A stretch of 64,000 bases of DNA, from positions 62,406-126,405 of the forward strand of contig CAVPSG010000001.1 in assembly GCA_963708395.1 (NCBI GenBank). Direction: 5' to 3'. The DNA comes from an uncultured Acidobacteriota bacterium. GTDB lineage: Bacteria > Acidobacteriota > Thermoanaerobaculia > UBA5066 > Gp7-AA6. Under the pieces are notes generated by a model. The model was not told the DNA's origin, searched no databases, and saw only the letters and a program-made list of their open reading frames with translations. Shown here piece by piece: positions 1 through 9,366 of the stretch (its first letter is position 1; each line of letters begins with the position of its first letter). The translations under genes were made by a program, and so were the position numbers.

Positions 1-2
1 TC

Positions 3-95
3 TGGGGACCGCTCCCCGTCGCGGCCGCCGCGGTAGCGCTCCTGCTCTGGATCGCGGGCAACGTCGCCGCGTGGAGGAACTCGCATGGGTCTTGA
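3..95 (+). CDS. 3' end of a membrane protein truncated by the window edge
   Basis: Frame from nt 3 reads WGPLPVAAAAVALLLWIAGNVAAWRNSHGS*; hydrophobic helix; stop overlaps the start of the next gene. Confidence 0.5.
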   Translation, partial: WGPLPVAAAAVALLLWIAGNVAAWRNSHGS

Positions 96-1386
96 GGGAA
101 CGCTCAAGGCCTTCTCGCTCGGGGACATCTTTCAGGTCCTCGGGATGCAGCGAAAGAGCGGCGTGCTCACGGTCGAGAGCATCGACGACGCCATCACGAT
201 CTCGTTTCTCGGAGGGCAGATCGTGTCCGCCGAGTCGCGGATGCGCCGCCAGGACAACCAGATCGGGAAGCTGCTCCTGCGCGCGGGACGTCTCGGCGAG
301 GCCGACCTCGCCCGCGCCCTGGAGCTCCAGAAGGAAACGCGGCAGCGGCTCGGCTTCCTGTTGATCCGCGAGCGCATGGTCACGCCCGAGGACCTGAAGG
401 AAGCCTTGCGCCTGCAGATCTTCCGCACGCTGCAGATCGCCTTCCAGCTGACCGACGGCAACTTCCGCTTCAGTCAGGAAGGACAGATCGAATACGACGC
501 CGACCACATGGCGCCGGTGCCGACCGAGTCCGTGCTCATGGAGGCGGCACAGATCCACGACGAGCTCCCGCGGCTGAAGGAAAAGATCCGGTCGATCGAG
601 TCGGTCTATCGCCGCGCGCCCGGGAAGGAAGGCCTGCAGCTCGTCTCCGGCGAGGGCGCCGCGGTTCCGGAAGGCGCGCTGGCGGGCTCCCGTGCGGAGC
701 GCGAGGTCTGGCAATGGATCGACGGCAAGCGGCCCGTTTCGCAGATCATGGAGAACGCGTTCCTTTCGGACTTCGAGGTCCTGAAGGGGCTCTCGGATCT
801 GCTCGACCGCAAGATCGTCGTCGAGGGGCGCGCTCCCGATGCGGTTCCGGAAGAGATCCTCGCGCCGGCCGCTCCCGACGAGCCGTCGCCGTCACCGGCC
901 GTCATCGAGCGACCGCGCGGGATTTCTCTCGGCGCCATCGTGATGTGGGCCGCCGTCCTCGCGATCGGCGTCCTGGCGGTCTGGCGCGTGCCGCGCAATC
1001 CATGGAACGCGTTCTGGCGTCCCTCCGCGGAGGGCTCGCCGTTCGGCGTCCTCCTCAAGTCGGTCTCGCTCGATCGCCTCTCGGCGCTCGAGCGCGCGGT
1101 GCGCGTGTTCTACGACGCGACCGGCCGCTATCCGCGCGAGCTCGAGGAGCTCACGGCCAACGGCATTCTCGACGAGCGCGCGGTCCTGGATCCGTGGGGC
1201 CGCGCATACCGCTACATCCTGCGTCCCGAGCGGGGGAAGTTCGGGCTGTACGGGCGCGATGCTCGCGGGCAGATCGATCTCGATCTTTCGTTCGATCGCA
1301 CGCTCGCGCCCGTGGCCGAGGTGCGGCCCGGGCAGAGCCCCGCGAAACCGCCGGAGAGTCAGCCCTCCGTTCAGGTTGTCGAATAG
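85..1386 (+). CDS. DUF4388 protein with MshEN-like repeats, TM helix and GspG-like C-terminal domain
   Basis: N-term MGLEGTLKAFSLGDIFQVL..KSGVL (DUF4388); tandem (R/Q)(L/I)GxLL..L...L..Q motifs; TM AIVMWAAVLAIGVLAVW; C-term GRYP..LEEL...DPWGRAYRY; GGAGG upstream. Confidence 0.8.
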   Translation: MGLEGTLKAFSLGDIFQVLGMQRKSGVLTVESIDDAITISFLGGQIVSAESRMRRQDNQIGKLLLRAGRLGEADLARALELQKETRQRLGFLLIRERMVTPEDLKEALRLQIFRTLQIAFQLTDGNFRFSQEGQIEYDADHMAPVPTESVLMEAAQIHDELPRLKEKIRSIESVYRRAPGKEGLQLVSGEGAAVPEGALAGSRAEREVWQWIDGKRPVSQIMENAFLSDFEVLKGLSDLLDRKIVVEGRAPDAVPEEILAPAAPDEPSPSPAVIERPRGISLGAIVMWAAVLAIGVLAVWRVPRNPWNAFWRPSAEGSPFGVLLKSVSLDRLSALERAVRVFYDATGRYPRELEELTANGILDERAVLDPWGRAYRYILRPERGKFGLYGRDARGQIDLDLSFDRTLAPVAEVRPGQSPAKPPESQPSVQVVE

Positions 1387-1407
1387 ATTGAGTCTAATAG
1401 ACTTAGA
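1387..1407. promoter_or_regulatory. HAIR-like (HspR) operator
   Basis: ATTGAGT-N7-ACTTAGA versus consensus CTTGAGT-N7-ACTCAAG; lies upstream of the dnaK -35; hspR-like gene in the same operon. Confidence 0.65.
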
Positions 1408-1423
1408 TAGTAGTATCTAGAGC

Positions 1424-1452
1424 TTGACAATCTCTCACTAAGATCCTATAGT
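1424..1452 (+). promoter_or_regulatory. sigma70-type promoter of dnaK
   Basis: TTGACA-17 nt-TATAGT. Confidence 0.85.
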
Positions 1453-1514
1453 TCGCGGCTCCAGAACCGGGCCCGAAGGCTCGGCTTTTCGGGAGCGAAG
1501 GAGAGAGGTTGTCA

Positions 1515-3420
1515 ATGAGCAAGATCATCGGAATCGATCTCGGCACCACGAACTCGTGCGTCGCCGTGATGGAAGGGGGAAGCCCCGCGGTCATCCCCAA
1601 CGCCGAAGGAAATCGCACCACGCCGTCGGTCGTCGCGTTCTCGAAGACCGGCGAGCGTCTCGTCGGCCAGGTCGCCAAGCGCCAGGCGATCACGAATCCC
1701 GCCAACACGGTCTTTTCGATCAAGCGGTTCATGGGCCGCAAGTCTTCCGAGGTCACCGAGGAAATGAAGATGGTGCCGTTCAAGGTCGTTTCGGCGGCCA
1801 ACGGCGACGTCCGCGTCTCGGCAGGCGGCAAGGAGTATTCGCCGCCCGAGATCTCCGCGATGATCCTCACGAAGCTCAAGGAGGCCGCCGAGGCATATCT
1901 CGGGGAAAAGGTCACGCGCGCCGTCATCACGGTGCCGGCTTATTTCAACGACTCGCAGCGGCAGGCGACCAAGGACGCCGGACAGATCGCGGGTCTGACC
2001 GTCGAGCGGCTCGTCAACGAGCCCACGGCCGCGGCGCTCGCGTACGGGCTCGACAAGAAGAAGGACGAGACGATCGCCGTCTACGACTTCGGCGGCGGAA
2101 CCTTCGACATCTCGATCCTCGAGGTGGGAGAGGGCGTCGTCGAGGTGAAGTCCACCAACGGCGACACGCATCTCGGCGGCGACAACATCGATCAGCGAGT
2201 GATCGATTGGATCCTGGCCGAGTTCAAGAAGGACCAGGGCGTCGATCTGTCGAAGGACCCGATGGCCATGCAGCGGCTGAAGGAGGCCGCCGAGAAGGCC
2301 AAGATCGAGCTTTCGAACGTCGTCGAGACCGACGTCAACCTTCCGTTCATCACGGCCGACGCGTCGGGTCCCAAGCATCTGCAGCTCAAGCTCACGCGGG
2401 CGAAGCTCGAGCAGCTCGTCGAGGACATCATCACGAAGTCGGTCGGGCCCTGCAAGCAGGCGCTCAAGGACGCCGGCCTCACGGCCAAGGACATCGACGA
2501 GGTCGTGCTCGTCGGCGGCCAGACGCGCATGCCGCGCATTCAGGCGCTCGTCGAGGAGCTCTTCGGCAAGGAGCCGCACCAGGGCGTCAACCCGGACGAA
2601 GTCGTGGCGGTCGGCGCCGCGATTCAGGGCGGTGTGCTCGCGGGCGACGTCAAGGACCTGTTGCTCCTCGACGTCACGCCGCTGTCGCTCGGCATCGAGA
2701 CGCTCGGGGGCGTCACGACGAAGCTGATCGAGCGGAACACCACCATTCCGACCAAGAAGAGCGAGACCTTTTCGACCGCCTCGGACAACCAGACGTCCGT
2801 CGAGATCCGGGTGCTCCAGGGCGAGCGCGAGATGGCGCGCGACAACAAGACGATCGGCGTTTTCCACCTGGTCGGCATTCCGCCGGCGCCGCGCGGCGTC
2901 CCGCAGGTCGAGGTCGCGTTCGACATCGACGCCAACGGCATCATGAACGTGTCCGCCAAGGACCTCGGCACGGGCAAGGAGCAGAAGATCACGATCACCG
3001 CGTCGTCCGGCCTCGCCAAGGACGAGATCGACCGGATGGTCCGGGAGGCTTCCTCTCACGCCGACGAGGACCGCAAGCGCCGGGAGGAGATCGAAGCGAA
3101 GAATCGCCTCGACAGCCTGATCTACGCGACGGAAAAGTCGTTCAACGAGAACAAGGCGAAGCTCGACCCCGCCGACGTCTCGAGCCTGGAGTCCGCGATC
3201 GCGGACGCGAAGAAGGCGCTCGAGGCCGGCGGAACGGAGAACCTGAACGGCGCTGCGGAGCGGCTCCAGCAGGTTTCCCACAAGCTCGCCGAGGCCATGT
3301 ACAAGAGCGCGTCTTCGCGGCGGCGCGTCTTCGGGCGGCCCGTCCGGGCCGAGCGGCCCGGGCGCCGGCAAGGAAGACGAGGTCATCGACACGGAGTACG
3401 TGGACGCGGAAAAGAAGTAA
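1515..3420 (+). CDS. dnaK: Chaperone DnaK (indel near the C-terminus)
   Basis: [33 protein letters not shown]; the typical tail [15 protein letters not shown] is in another frame ending at TAA 3420. Confidence 0.97.
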
Positions 3421-3426
3421 CGAAGT

Positions 3427-3481
3427 TGTCAGTGGTCAGTTTTCAGTTCCAGAAACTGACAACTGAAAACTGTAAACTGAT
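3427..3481. repeat. Inverted heptamer tandem-repeat hairpin
   Basis: tgtcagt ggtcagt tttcagt followed by complementary aactgac aactgaa aactgta aactgat. Confidence 0.8.
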
Positions 3482-3490
3482 GGCTGATTC

Positions 3491-3943
3491 ATGACCGACT
3501 TTCGCTGGAACTCGCTCCAGGATCTCTTCGGGATCCAGGAAAAGATGAATCGCCTCTTCGAGGAGACGATTCATCGGACGGAGTTTCCCGACGAGGGCCT
3601 CTCGACGGCGCTCTGGTCGCCGGCGGCCGACGTGTACGAGACCCCGGACGAGATCATCCTCCACATCGAGCTGCCGGGCGTTCGGCTGGAGGACGTTCGG
3701 CTCGAGTCGGTCGAAGGCAAGCTGCGTGTGTCGGGCCACCGGCGGCCCGACAACGGCGTCGAGCCGAAAAACTTCGTGCGGATGGAGCGCATCTACGGGA
3801 GCTTTTCGCGCGAATTTGCGGTTCCCGCCTCGCTCGATCCCGGACAGATCAAGGCGACGCTCCGGGCCGGCGTGCTCAAGATCGTGGCCGCCAAGAGCGA
3901 TCGGGGGCAGGCGATTCCGGTCGAAGCGAAGAAGGCCCGGTGA
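3491..3943 (+). CDS. Hsp20/alpha-crystallin small heat-shock protein
   Basis: [39 protein letters not shown]. Confidence 0.93.
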   Translation: MTDFRWNSLQDLFGIQEKMNRLFEETIHRTEFPDEGLSTALWSPAADVYETPDEIILHIELPGVRLEDVRLESVEGKLRVSGHRRPDNGVEPKNFVRMERIYGSFSREFAVPASLDPGQIKATLRAGVLKIVAAKSDRGQAIPVEAKKAR

Positions 3944-4317
3944 GCTCCCGGACCAGGCCCGGCGTCTATCGGATCGGAGCGATCTCGGAGCGCTTCGGGA
4001 TCCACCCGCAGACGCTCCGCCTCTACGAGCGCGAGGGCCTGCTGCGGCCGGCCCGGACCGAGGGCAACACGCGTCTCTACGACACGAGCACGATCGAACG
4101 GCTCGAGATCATCCTGACCCTGACGCGCGACCTCGGCGTCAATCTCGCCGGCGTGGAGGTCATCCTCCACATGAAGGAGCGGATGGAGCACATGCAGGGC
4201 GAGGTCCACTCCCTGCTGTCGGCGATCCGCGAAGACGTCGGCGCGCGGCGCGGCCAGATCGACCGCCGGCTCGCCCTGGCGCCCCTCCCCAAGACCGGGC
4301 ATCCCTCCAAGAGATAG
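3940..4317 (+). CDS. hspR: MerR-family heat-shock repressor, HspR-like
   Basis: YRIGAISERFGIHPQTLRLYEREGLLRPARTEGNTRLY..LTRDLGVNLAGVEVIL; in the dnaK operon. Confidence 0.85.
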   Translation: MSSRTRPGVYRIGAISERFGIHPQTLRLYEREGLLRPARTEGNTRLYDTSTIERLEIILTLTRDLGVNLAGVEVILHMKERMEHMQGEVHSLLSAIREDVGARRGQIDRRLALAPLPKTGHPSKR

Positions 4318-4451
4318 GGCGGGCGTTCCGGCGGACTCGCGCCGCCGCACGACAGAATCTCTTCCTCCGGGCTCGCCGCAGAACGCCCGCCGGGAACGCC
4401 TCTTGCTTGGGGATTGGGGCTAGAATGCGCCCTCTCGAAGGAGGAGGTTCC

Positions 4452-6197
4452 GTGAAGAGATTCCTTTCGGCCGCCGCGGCGCTGCTCCTGGCCTCCGCCG
4501 CCTTCGGCCAGCTCTCCAAGTACAAGGACTGGGCCAAGACGCCGGAAGCCAGCTTCCTGACGCCGGCCGAGCGTCAGGCGTGGTCGAAGTTGGCCTCCGA
4601 CGCCGACGCCGAGAAATTCATTGCGGACTACTGGGCCAAGCGCGGCGGGGATCCATTCAAGCAGGAGATCGCGCGCCGGATCGCCGCGGCCGACCAGCAG
4701 TTCAAGCTCCGCTCGCAGAAGGGATCGGAATCGGCGCGCGGGCGCGTGTTCCTGACCCTCGGCAACCCCTCGCGCGTCATGGAGGCCCGGGCCGGGGGAG
4801 CCGATGCCCAGAGTCCTCCCGACGGGAGCGGCTCGAGCTCGGGCCTCGCGGCCCTGCAGGACCAGAACAGCGCCGCGGCCGTGGTGCAGACCTGGGTCTA
4901 CGACAAGTCGAAGTTCGACGCGTCCTGGGACGTCGGCGAAGTTCGCGCGCAGATCAACGTGGACCCGCAGCGGGGCCGCGACGATCTCGTCAACGCCGCC
5001 CTCGTGAACAAGGCGATCGACAAGGTCAATGAAGGACGGCTGGCCGAGGTCCAGAAGAAGATGGCCGCGGCCGGCGCGCCCGCTGGGGGAGCCCCCGCCG
5101 CACCCGCCGCCGCAGCGGCCCCGGCCCCCGCGGCGGCGCCTCCGCCGGCCCCTGCGGCTGCGGCCGCGCTTCCGGCGGCGACGCGAGCCTTGCTCGAGCC
5201 GATGTTGAAGGCGGAGGCGAAGCCCGTCGCCGGCTTCTGGGGCGGTGAGTTCCAGACCGTCACCGGGGATCCGTTCTATGCGTTCCAGCTCGTCAAGTTT
5301 TCGACGGCGACGGAGCCCGCTCCGGCCGTGATGAAGCTCGGCGGCGTCGTGACGAAGGCGGACGGAACCGAGGCGACGTCGTTCTGGGAAGACGCCGAGG
5401 CCGTCGACATGAAAGGCATCAACGGCGTGGACAAGGCCGTGGATCATTCGCTCTCGCTGCCCGCCGGCACCTACCGCGGTGCGTTCGGCCTCTTCTCGGC
5501 CGACGGCGCGACGGCCCTGACGTCGGCCTCGACGACCTTCACGATCTCGGAGAAGTCGAACGACTTCAAAGTCTCGCCGATGATCCTCGCGGCGACGCTC
5601 ACGCCTCTGACCAAGCGCCCGAACCCGACCGACGCCTTCGTCTTCGGTATGGACAAGCCGATCCGCGTCGAGCCGCGGGGCAACCACGACTTCTCGCGCG
5701 AGGACGGCCTCTGGTACTTCTACACGGTGGCGAATCCCGTCGTGCCGACGACGGCCGATGCCGCGCCGGCCGCCGGCCAGGCGGCACCCGCCGCCGCGAC
5801 TCCGCCGGCGCCCGCTTCGGCCGCGACGCCCTCGGCTCCCTCTGCAGCGCCGCCGCCTCCGCCCCCGGCGAAGCCGCGCATCATGACGCGCATCGGTGTG
5901 CTCCGCGACGGAAAGCCCGCCTTCCAGCCGGCGACGCTCCCGGCGGAGCTCCAGCCCCTCGGGACCAACTTCTACGGCAGCGGGAGCGAGATTCCGCTGG
6001 CGAGCTTCGAGCCCGGCTACTACACGTTCACCCTGAACGTGCGCGATCTCAACGCGCCGCGCGATTCGGCTTCCTTCAAGGGCATCGACCGCACGGGCGA
6101 CTTCGTCGTGCTCAGTCCCGACGGAAAGATGCCGCCGACGGCCACTCCGATTCCCCCGAAAGCGACGCCGACGCCGCGGCCGAAGAAGAAGGCCTAG
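4452..6197 (+). CDS. Secreted GWxTD-domain protein with degenerate motif
   Basis: GGAGG RBS and GTG start; signal peptide; FIADYWAKR..RRIAAADQQF..GSESARGRVFLTLGNP; Ala/Pro linkers; Ig-like C-terminal region. Confidence 0.8.
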   Translation: MKRFLSAAAALLLASAAFGQLSKYKDWAKTPEASFLTPAERQAWSKLASDADAEKFIADYWAKRGGDPFKQEIARRIAAADQQFKLRSQKGSESARGRVFLTLGNPSRVMEARAGGADAQSPPDGSGSSSGLAALQDQNSAAAVVQTWVYDKSKFDASWDVGEVRAQINVDPQRGRDDLVNAALVNKAIDKVNEGRLAEVQKKMAAAGAPAGGAPAAPAAAAAPAPAAAPPPAPAAAAALPAATRALLEPMLKAEAKPVAGFWGGEFQTVTGDPFYAFQLVKFSTATEPAPAVMKLGGVVTKADGTEATSFWEDAEAVDMKGINGVDKAVDHSLSLPAGTYRGAFGLFSADGATALTSASTTFTISEKSNDFKVSPMILAATLTPLTKRPNPTDAFVFGMDKPIRVEPRGNHDFSREDGLWYFYTVANPVVPTTADAAPAAGQAAPAAATPPAPASAATPSAPSAAPPPPPPAKPRIMTRIGVLRDGKPAFQPATLPAELQPLGTNFYGSGSEIPLASFEPGYYTFTLNVRDLNAPRDSASFKGIDRTGDFVVLSPDGKMPPTATPIPPKATPTPRPKKKA

Positions 6198-6229
6198 CCG
6201 GCTCGAACCACCCTCTCCGACTCTCGAGG

Positions 6230-6254
6230 AAGCCCCGCGTGAGCGGGGCTTTTT
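6230..6254 (+). terminator. Intrinsic terminator
   Basis: aagccccgc-gtga-gcggggctt followed by T run. Confidence 0.85.
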
Positions 6255-6413
6255 CATCTCATCCCTCGATTTGACCTCTTAATCACCATTTAATGTTGAT
6301 TCGTCCCTACGAAGGGCTGGACGAAGATTCAAAAAAACGGATCGAAATGCTCGAGCACATATTCTGAACAGTTATAACTTGTTTGTTTTCATATAAATAG
6401 GATGTTTGAGAGT

Positions 6414-6429
6414 TGGGACAATTCTTGCT
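6414..6429 (+). promoter_or_regulatory. Putative sigma54 (-24/-12) promoter of the TonB-dependent receptor
   Basis: TGGGAC-AATTC-TTGCT (GG-N10-GC), with an AT-rich tract upstream at 6372-6400. Confidence 0.55.
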
Positions 6430-6487
6430 TTGTGGCAGTGGGAATCGAGAACTGTTGGCCGCTCTCAAAAGCAAAGAAGGAGTCAGC

Positions 6488-9277
6488 ATGCGATCTAGAA
6501 GCTTCGCGACGTGCTTGATCCTGGCCCTCGTCTGCCTGATGGCGGCTCCCGCCCTCCTGGCCGACGGGACGCTGCTCGGCACCATCAACGGCCGAGTCGT
6601 GGATCAGGACGGGAAGGCGCTGCCGGGCGCGACCGTGGAAGTGACGAGCGCGGACAAGGGATTCCAGCGCACGGCGGTCTCGGACTCGGGCGGCGCGTTC
6701 AACTTTCCCCTCCTGCAGCCCGGGCCCTACATCGTCAGGATCACGCTGGCGGGGTTCCAGAGCTTCGAGTCGACGAACAACGTCGTTCAGCCGGAAAAGA
6801 CGACCTCGATCAGCGCGACGCTGAAGCTCGCGACGACGGCCGAGGCCGTGACGGTCATGGGCGAAGTGCCTCTCATCGACAAGCAGAACACGACGGCGAC
6901 GACGAACGTCGATTCGACGCTGACCCAGAAGCTGGCCGTCGGCCGTGGCTATCAGAACCTGATCTCCTTCGCACCCGGCGTGAGCAACAACTCGGGCGGC
7001 AACCCGAACGTCCACGGGTCGCTCTCGTCGACGAACCTGTATCTCTTCGACGGCGTCGACTCGACCGACCCGACGACGGGCACCTTCGGCCAGAACTTCA
7101 ACTACGAGGCCATCCAGGAGGTCAACGTCTCGACGACGGGGATCTCGGCCGAGTACGGCCGGTCACAGGGCGCCTACGTCAACGTCATCACGAAGTCGGG
7201 CACGAACCAGTTCCACGGATCGTTCAAGATGATCTTTACGAACGACGACTGGAACTCCCAGAACAAGGGCGTGAGCCCGATTACCGGGGCGTCCTTCGCG
7301 CGAACCAAGAACGACACGACGGTCAAGGACTACGCGTACACGCTGGGCGGGCCCTTCTGGCAGGACCATGTCTGGTTCTTCGGGGCCTACGAGACCACGA
7401 GCAATACGGCCGCGGCGGCCCAGACCTTCCAGTCTCCCGTGTATCCGAACAACACCGGCCAGAACTACACGCAGGTCACGGACGTCCGGCTCTGGGACGG
7501 CAAGCTCTCGGCGCAGATCACGCCCTCCCAGTTGTTCGTCGCGCAGTTCAACAGCGACCCGATCACGGGTTTCATCGTGGACTACTGGAACTACGCGCCT
7601 GGAATCGGCTCGGCCGAGCTGAACGCCTTGACGGCGCAGGGCCAGAACGATTGCGGCGGTTTCGGCTGCACGAAGCAGCTCCACTGGTCCGGCGTTTTCG
7701 GATCCTCGGTCTCGGCCGAGGCCGGATACTCGGTGGCCGGAGGCAACATCACGGTCGCGCCGTTGCAGGGCGACGGGGCTCCCTACTTCTCGCTGACGGA
7801 CGGGCTCTACTACAACGGCGCGACGTTCGACGGCCTCGTCTTCCGGCCGCGCACGCAGGCAAACGCCGCGGTGTCGATCTACCACGAGCTTTTCGGAAAC
7901 GCGGCGACGTTCAAGGGCGGCGTGGACTACCAGATCATCAAGTCCCTCGCGTCATTCAACTACCCGACGAACAACCTCTTCTACATCACCCAGTACAACC
8001 CGACCGTTTCGGCGGCCGACCAGCAGTTCGCGGTCGGCGACGAGTGGGACCAGTTCATCAACCCGCAGCCTTCGACGTCCCGCGGAAAGATCTGGGGGTT
8101 CTACGGCCTCGAGAAGCTCGAGGCGGGGCGCCTGAGCGCGAACCTCGGCGTCCGCATCGACCACCAGACCTCGACGAGCGACCTCGCCAACACGGTCATC
8201 GACGCGACCAACTGGTCTCCGCGCCTGTCCGCTGCCTATGACGTGATGGGCGACGGCAAGACGCTCGTGTCCGCGGGCTACGGCCGCTACTATCAGTTCC
8301 TCGTCCAGAACATCGCCGACTCGGTCTTCACGGGCGTCCCGCAGGAGTACAACAGGAACATCTATCTGTGGGACGGCTCGCAGTTTCAGTTCGACAAGAC
8401 GGTCACCGCCGGCGGCAACGCGCAGCCGATCAACACCGGACTCGACCCCTCGTACACGGACGAGTTCAACATCGCCTTCCAGCGTCAGATCGGAAGCACG
8501 ATGGCGGTCGGCGTCCGGGGCATCTACCGCAAGTGGTACAACCTCGTGGACGACGTCAAGACGATCGACGCCAACGACAACCTGATCCTGACGCCGTACA
8601 ACTTCGGCGGAGACGTCCTGAAGCGCAACTACAAGGCCCTCGAGTTCACCTTCGAGAAGCGCTTCTCCGGCAACTGGCAGGCCCTCGTCAACTACACGCT
8701 GTCGCGCGCACGGGGCAACCAGTTCTCCGACTTCGCGTCCCAGCAGCTCGATTGGCCGGGTGAGACCTGCAGTCCCAACCTCATCGGAGCGATCCCCTGC
8801 ACGGTGGCTTCGTCCACCAACCAGTATGGCATCGCGTCGTACGACCGGACGAGCGTGGCCAACGCCTTCATCGCCTACACGTTCAACCTGCCGATCGTGA
8901 ACATCACGGCGGCGCCCTCGGGCACGATCTTCTCGGGCCTGCCTTACCAGCAGCAGCAAACGTACGGCAACCCCGACGGCAGCCGCAGCACGTACTTCTA
9001 CACGCCGCGCGGCTCGTCGCGCCTTCCGACCGGGTATCAGGTCAACTTCGCGCTCGAAGCCACGTTCAAGCCGATCGGAAACCAGGGCCTCTGGCTCATC
9101 GGCGGACCGCTCGAGCTCGGCGTCAAGGGCGAAGTCTTCAACGTCACGAACCAGCAGCCGCAGATCAGCAACTCGCTCATCAGCCTGCTGCCCAATTCGA
9201 ACTTCGGACTGCCGACGTCGCGGAACTCCTTCCAGGCGCCGCGCAACTTCCGTTTCACGGGCCTGATCCGCTTCTAG
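6488..9277 (+). CDS. TonB-dependent receptor (Oar-like, N-terminal carboxypeptidase-regulatory-like domain)
   Basis: Signal peptide; GTINGRVVDQDGKALPGATV; EAIQEVNV..SAEYGRSQGAYVNVITKSGTNQFHGS; C-terminal PRNFRFTGLIRF. Confidence 0.93.
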   Translation: MRSRSFATCLILALVCLMAAPALLADGTLLGTINGRVVDQDGKALPGATVEVTSADKGFQRTAVSDSGGAFNFPLLQPGPYIVRITLAGFQSFESTNNVVQPEKTTSISATLKLATTAEAVTVMGEVPLIDKQNTTATTNVDSTLTQKLAVGRGYQNLISFAPGVSNNSGGNPNVHGSLSSTNLYLFDGVDSTDPTTGTFGQNFNYEAIQEVNVSTTGISAEYGRSQGAYVNVITKSGTNQFHGSFKMIFTNDDWNSQNKGVSPITGASFARTKNDTTVKDYAYTLGGPFWQDHVWFFGAYETTSNTAAAAQTFQSPVYPNNTGQNYTQVTDVRLWDGKLSAQITPSQLFVAQFNSDPITGFIVDYWNYAPGIGSAELNALTAQGQNDCGGFGCTKQLHWSGVFGSSVSAEAGYSVAGGNITVAPLQGDGAPYFSLTDGLYYNGATFDGLVFRPRTQANAAVSIYHELFGNAATFKGGVDYQIIKSLASFNYPTNNLFYITQYNPTVSAADQQFAVGDEWDQFINPQPSTSRGKIWGFYGLEKLEAGRLSANLGVRIDHQTSTSDLANTVIDATNWSPRLSAAYDVMGDGKTLVSAGYGRYYQFLVQNIADSVFTGVPQEYNRNIYLWDGSQFQFDKTVTAGGNAQPINTGLDPSYTDEFNIAFQRQIGSTMAVGVRGIYRKWYNLVDDVKTIDANDNLILTPYNFGGDVLKRNYKALEFTFEKRFSGNWQALVNYTLSRARGNQFSDFASQQLDWPGETCSPNLIGAIPCTVASSTNQYGIASYDRTSVANAFIAYTFNLPIVNITAAPSGTIFSGLPYQQQQTYGNPDGSRSTYFYTPRGSSRLPTGYQVNFALEATFKPIGNQGLWLIGGPLELGVKGEVFNVTNQQPQISNSLISLLPNSNFGLPTSRNSFQAPRNFRFTGLIRF

Positions 9278-9295
9278 GCGCTTCGGTCAAAGACG

Positions 9296-9331
9296 AAGGC
9301 CCCGGAGAAATCCGGGGCCTTTTCTTTTTTT
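9296..9331 (+). terminator. Intrinsic terminator
   Basis: aaggccccgga-gaaa-tccggggcctt followed by ttctttttt. Confidence 0.9.
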
Positions 9332-9366
9332 CGTCCGCCGTCCCCACGGAGGAGGAGAATCCGAAC

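Noticed and set aside
1387-1440. CIRCE (HrcA) element
   Set aside because: No TTAGCACTC-N9-GAGTGCTAA match; HAIR fits better and an hspR-like gene is in the operon
1512-3466. Long antisense and alternate-frame ORFs over dnaK (also over ppk1, RND and the ACADs)
   Set aside because: Expected shadow ORFs of high-GC codon usage; Arg/Gly-rich with no recognisable motifs
5060-5180. GC-rich repeats here and at 5750-5870, 9975-10090 and 57570-57900 as CRISPR or VNTR
   Set aside because: They encode Ala/Pro linkers; no constant repeat-spacer structure and no cas genes
6278-6299. TTAAT direct repeat as a Pho box for the TonB receptor
   Set aside because: About 190 nt from the start, upstream of a sigma54-like promoter, and differs from the TT(C/A)AC core seen at the Pho genes
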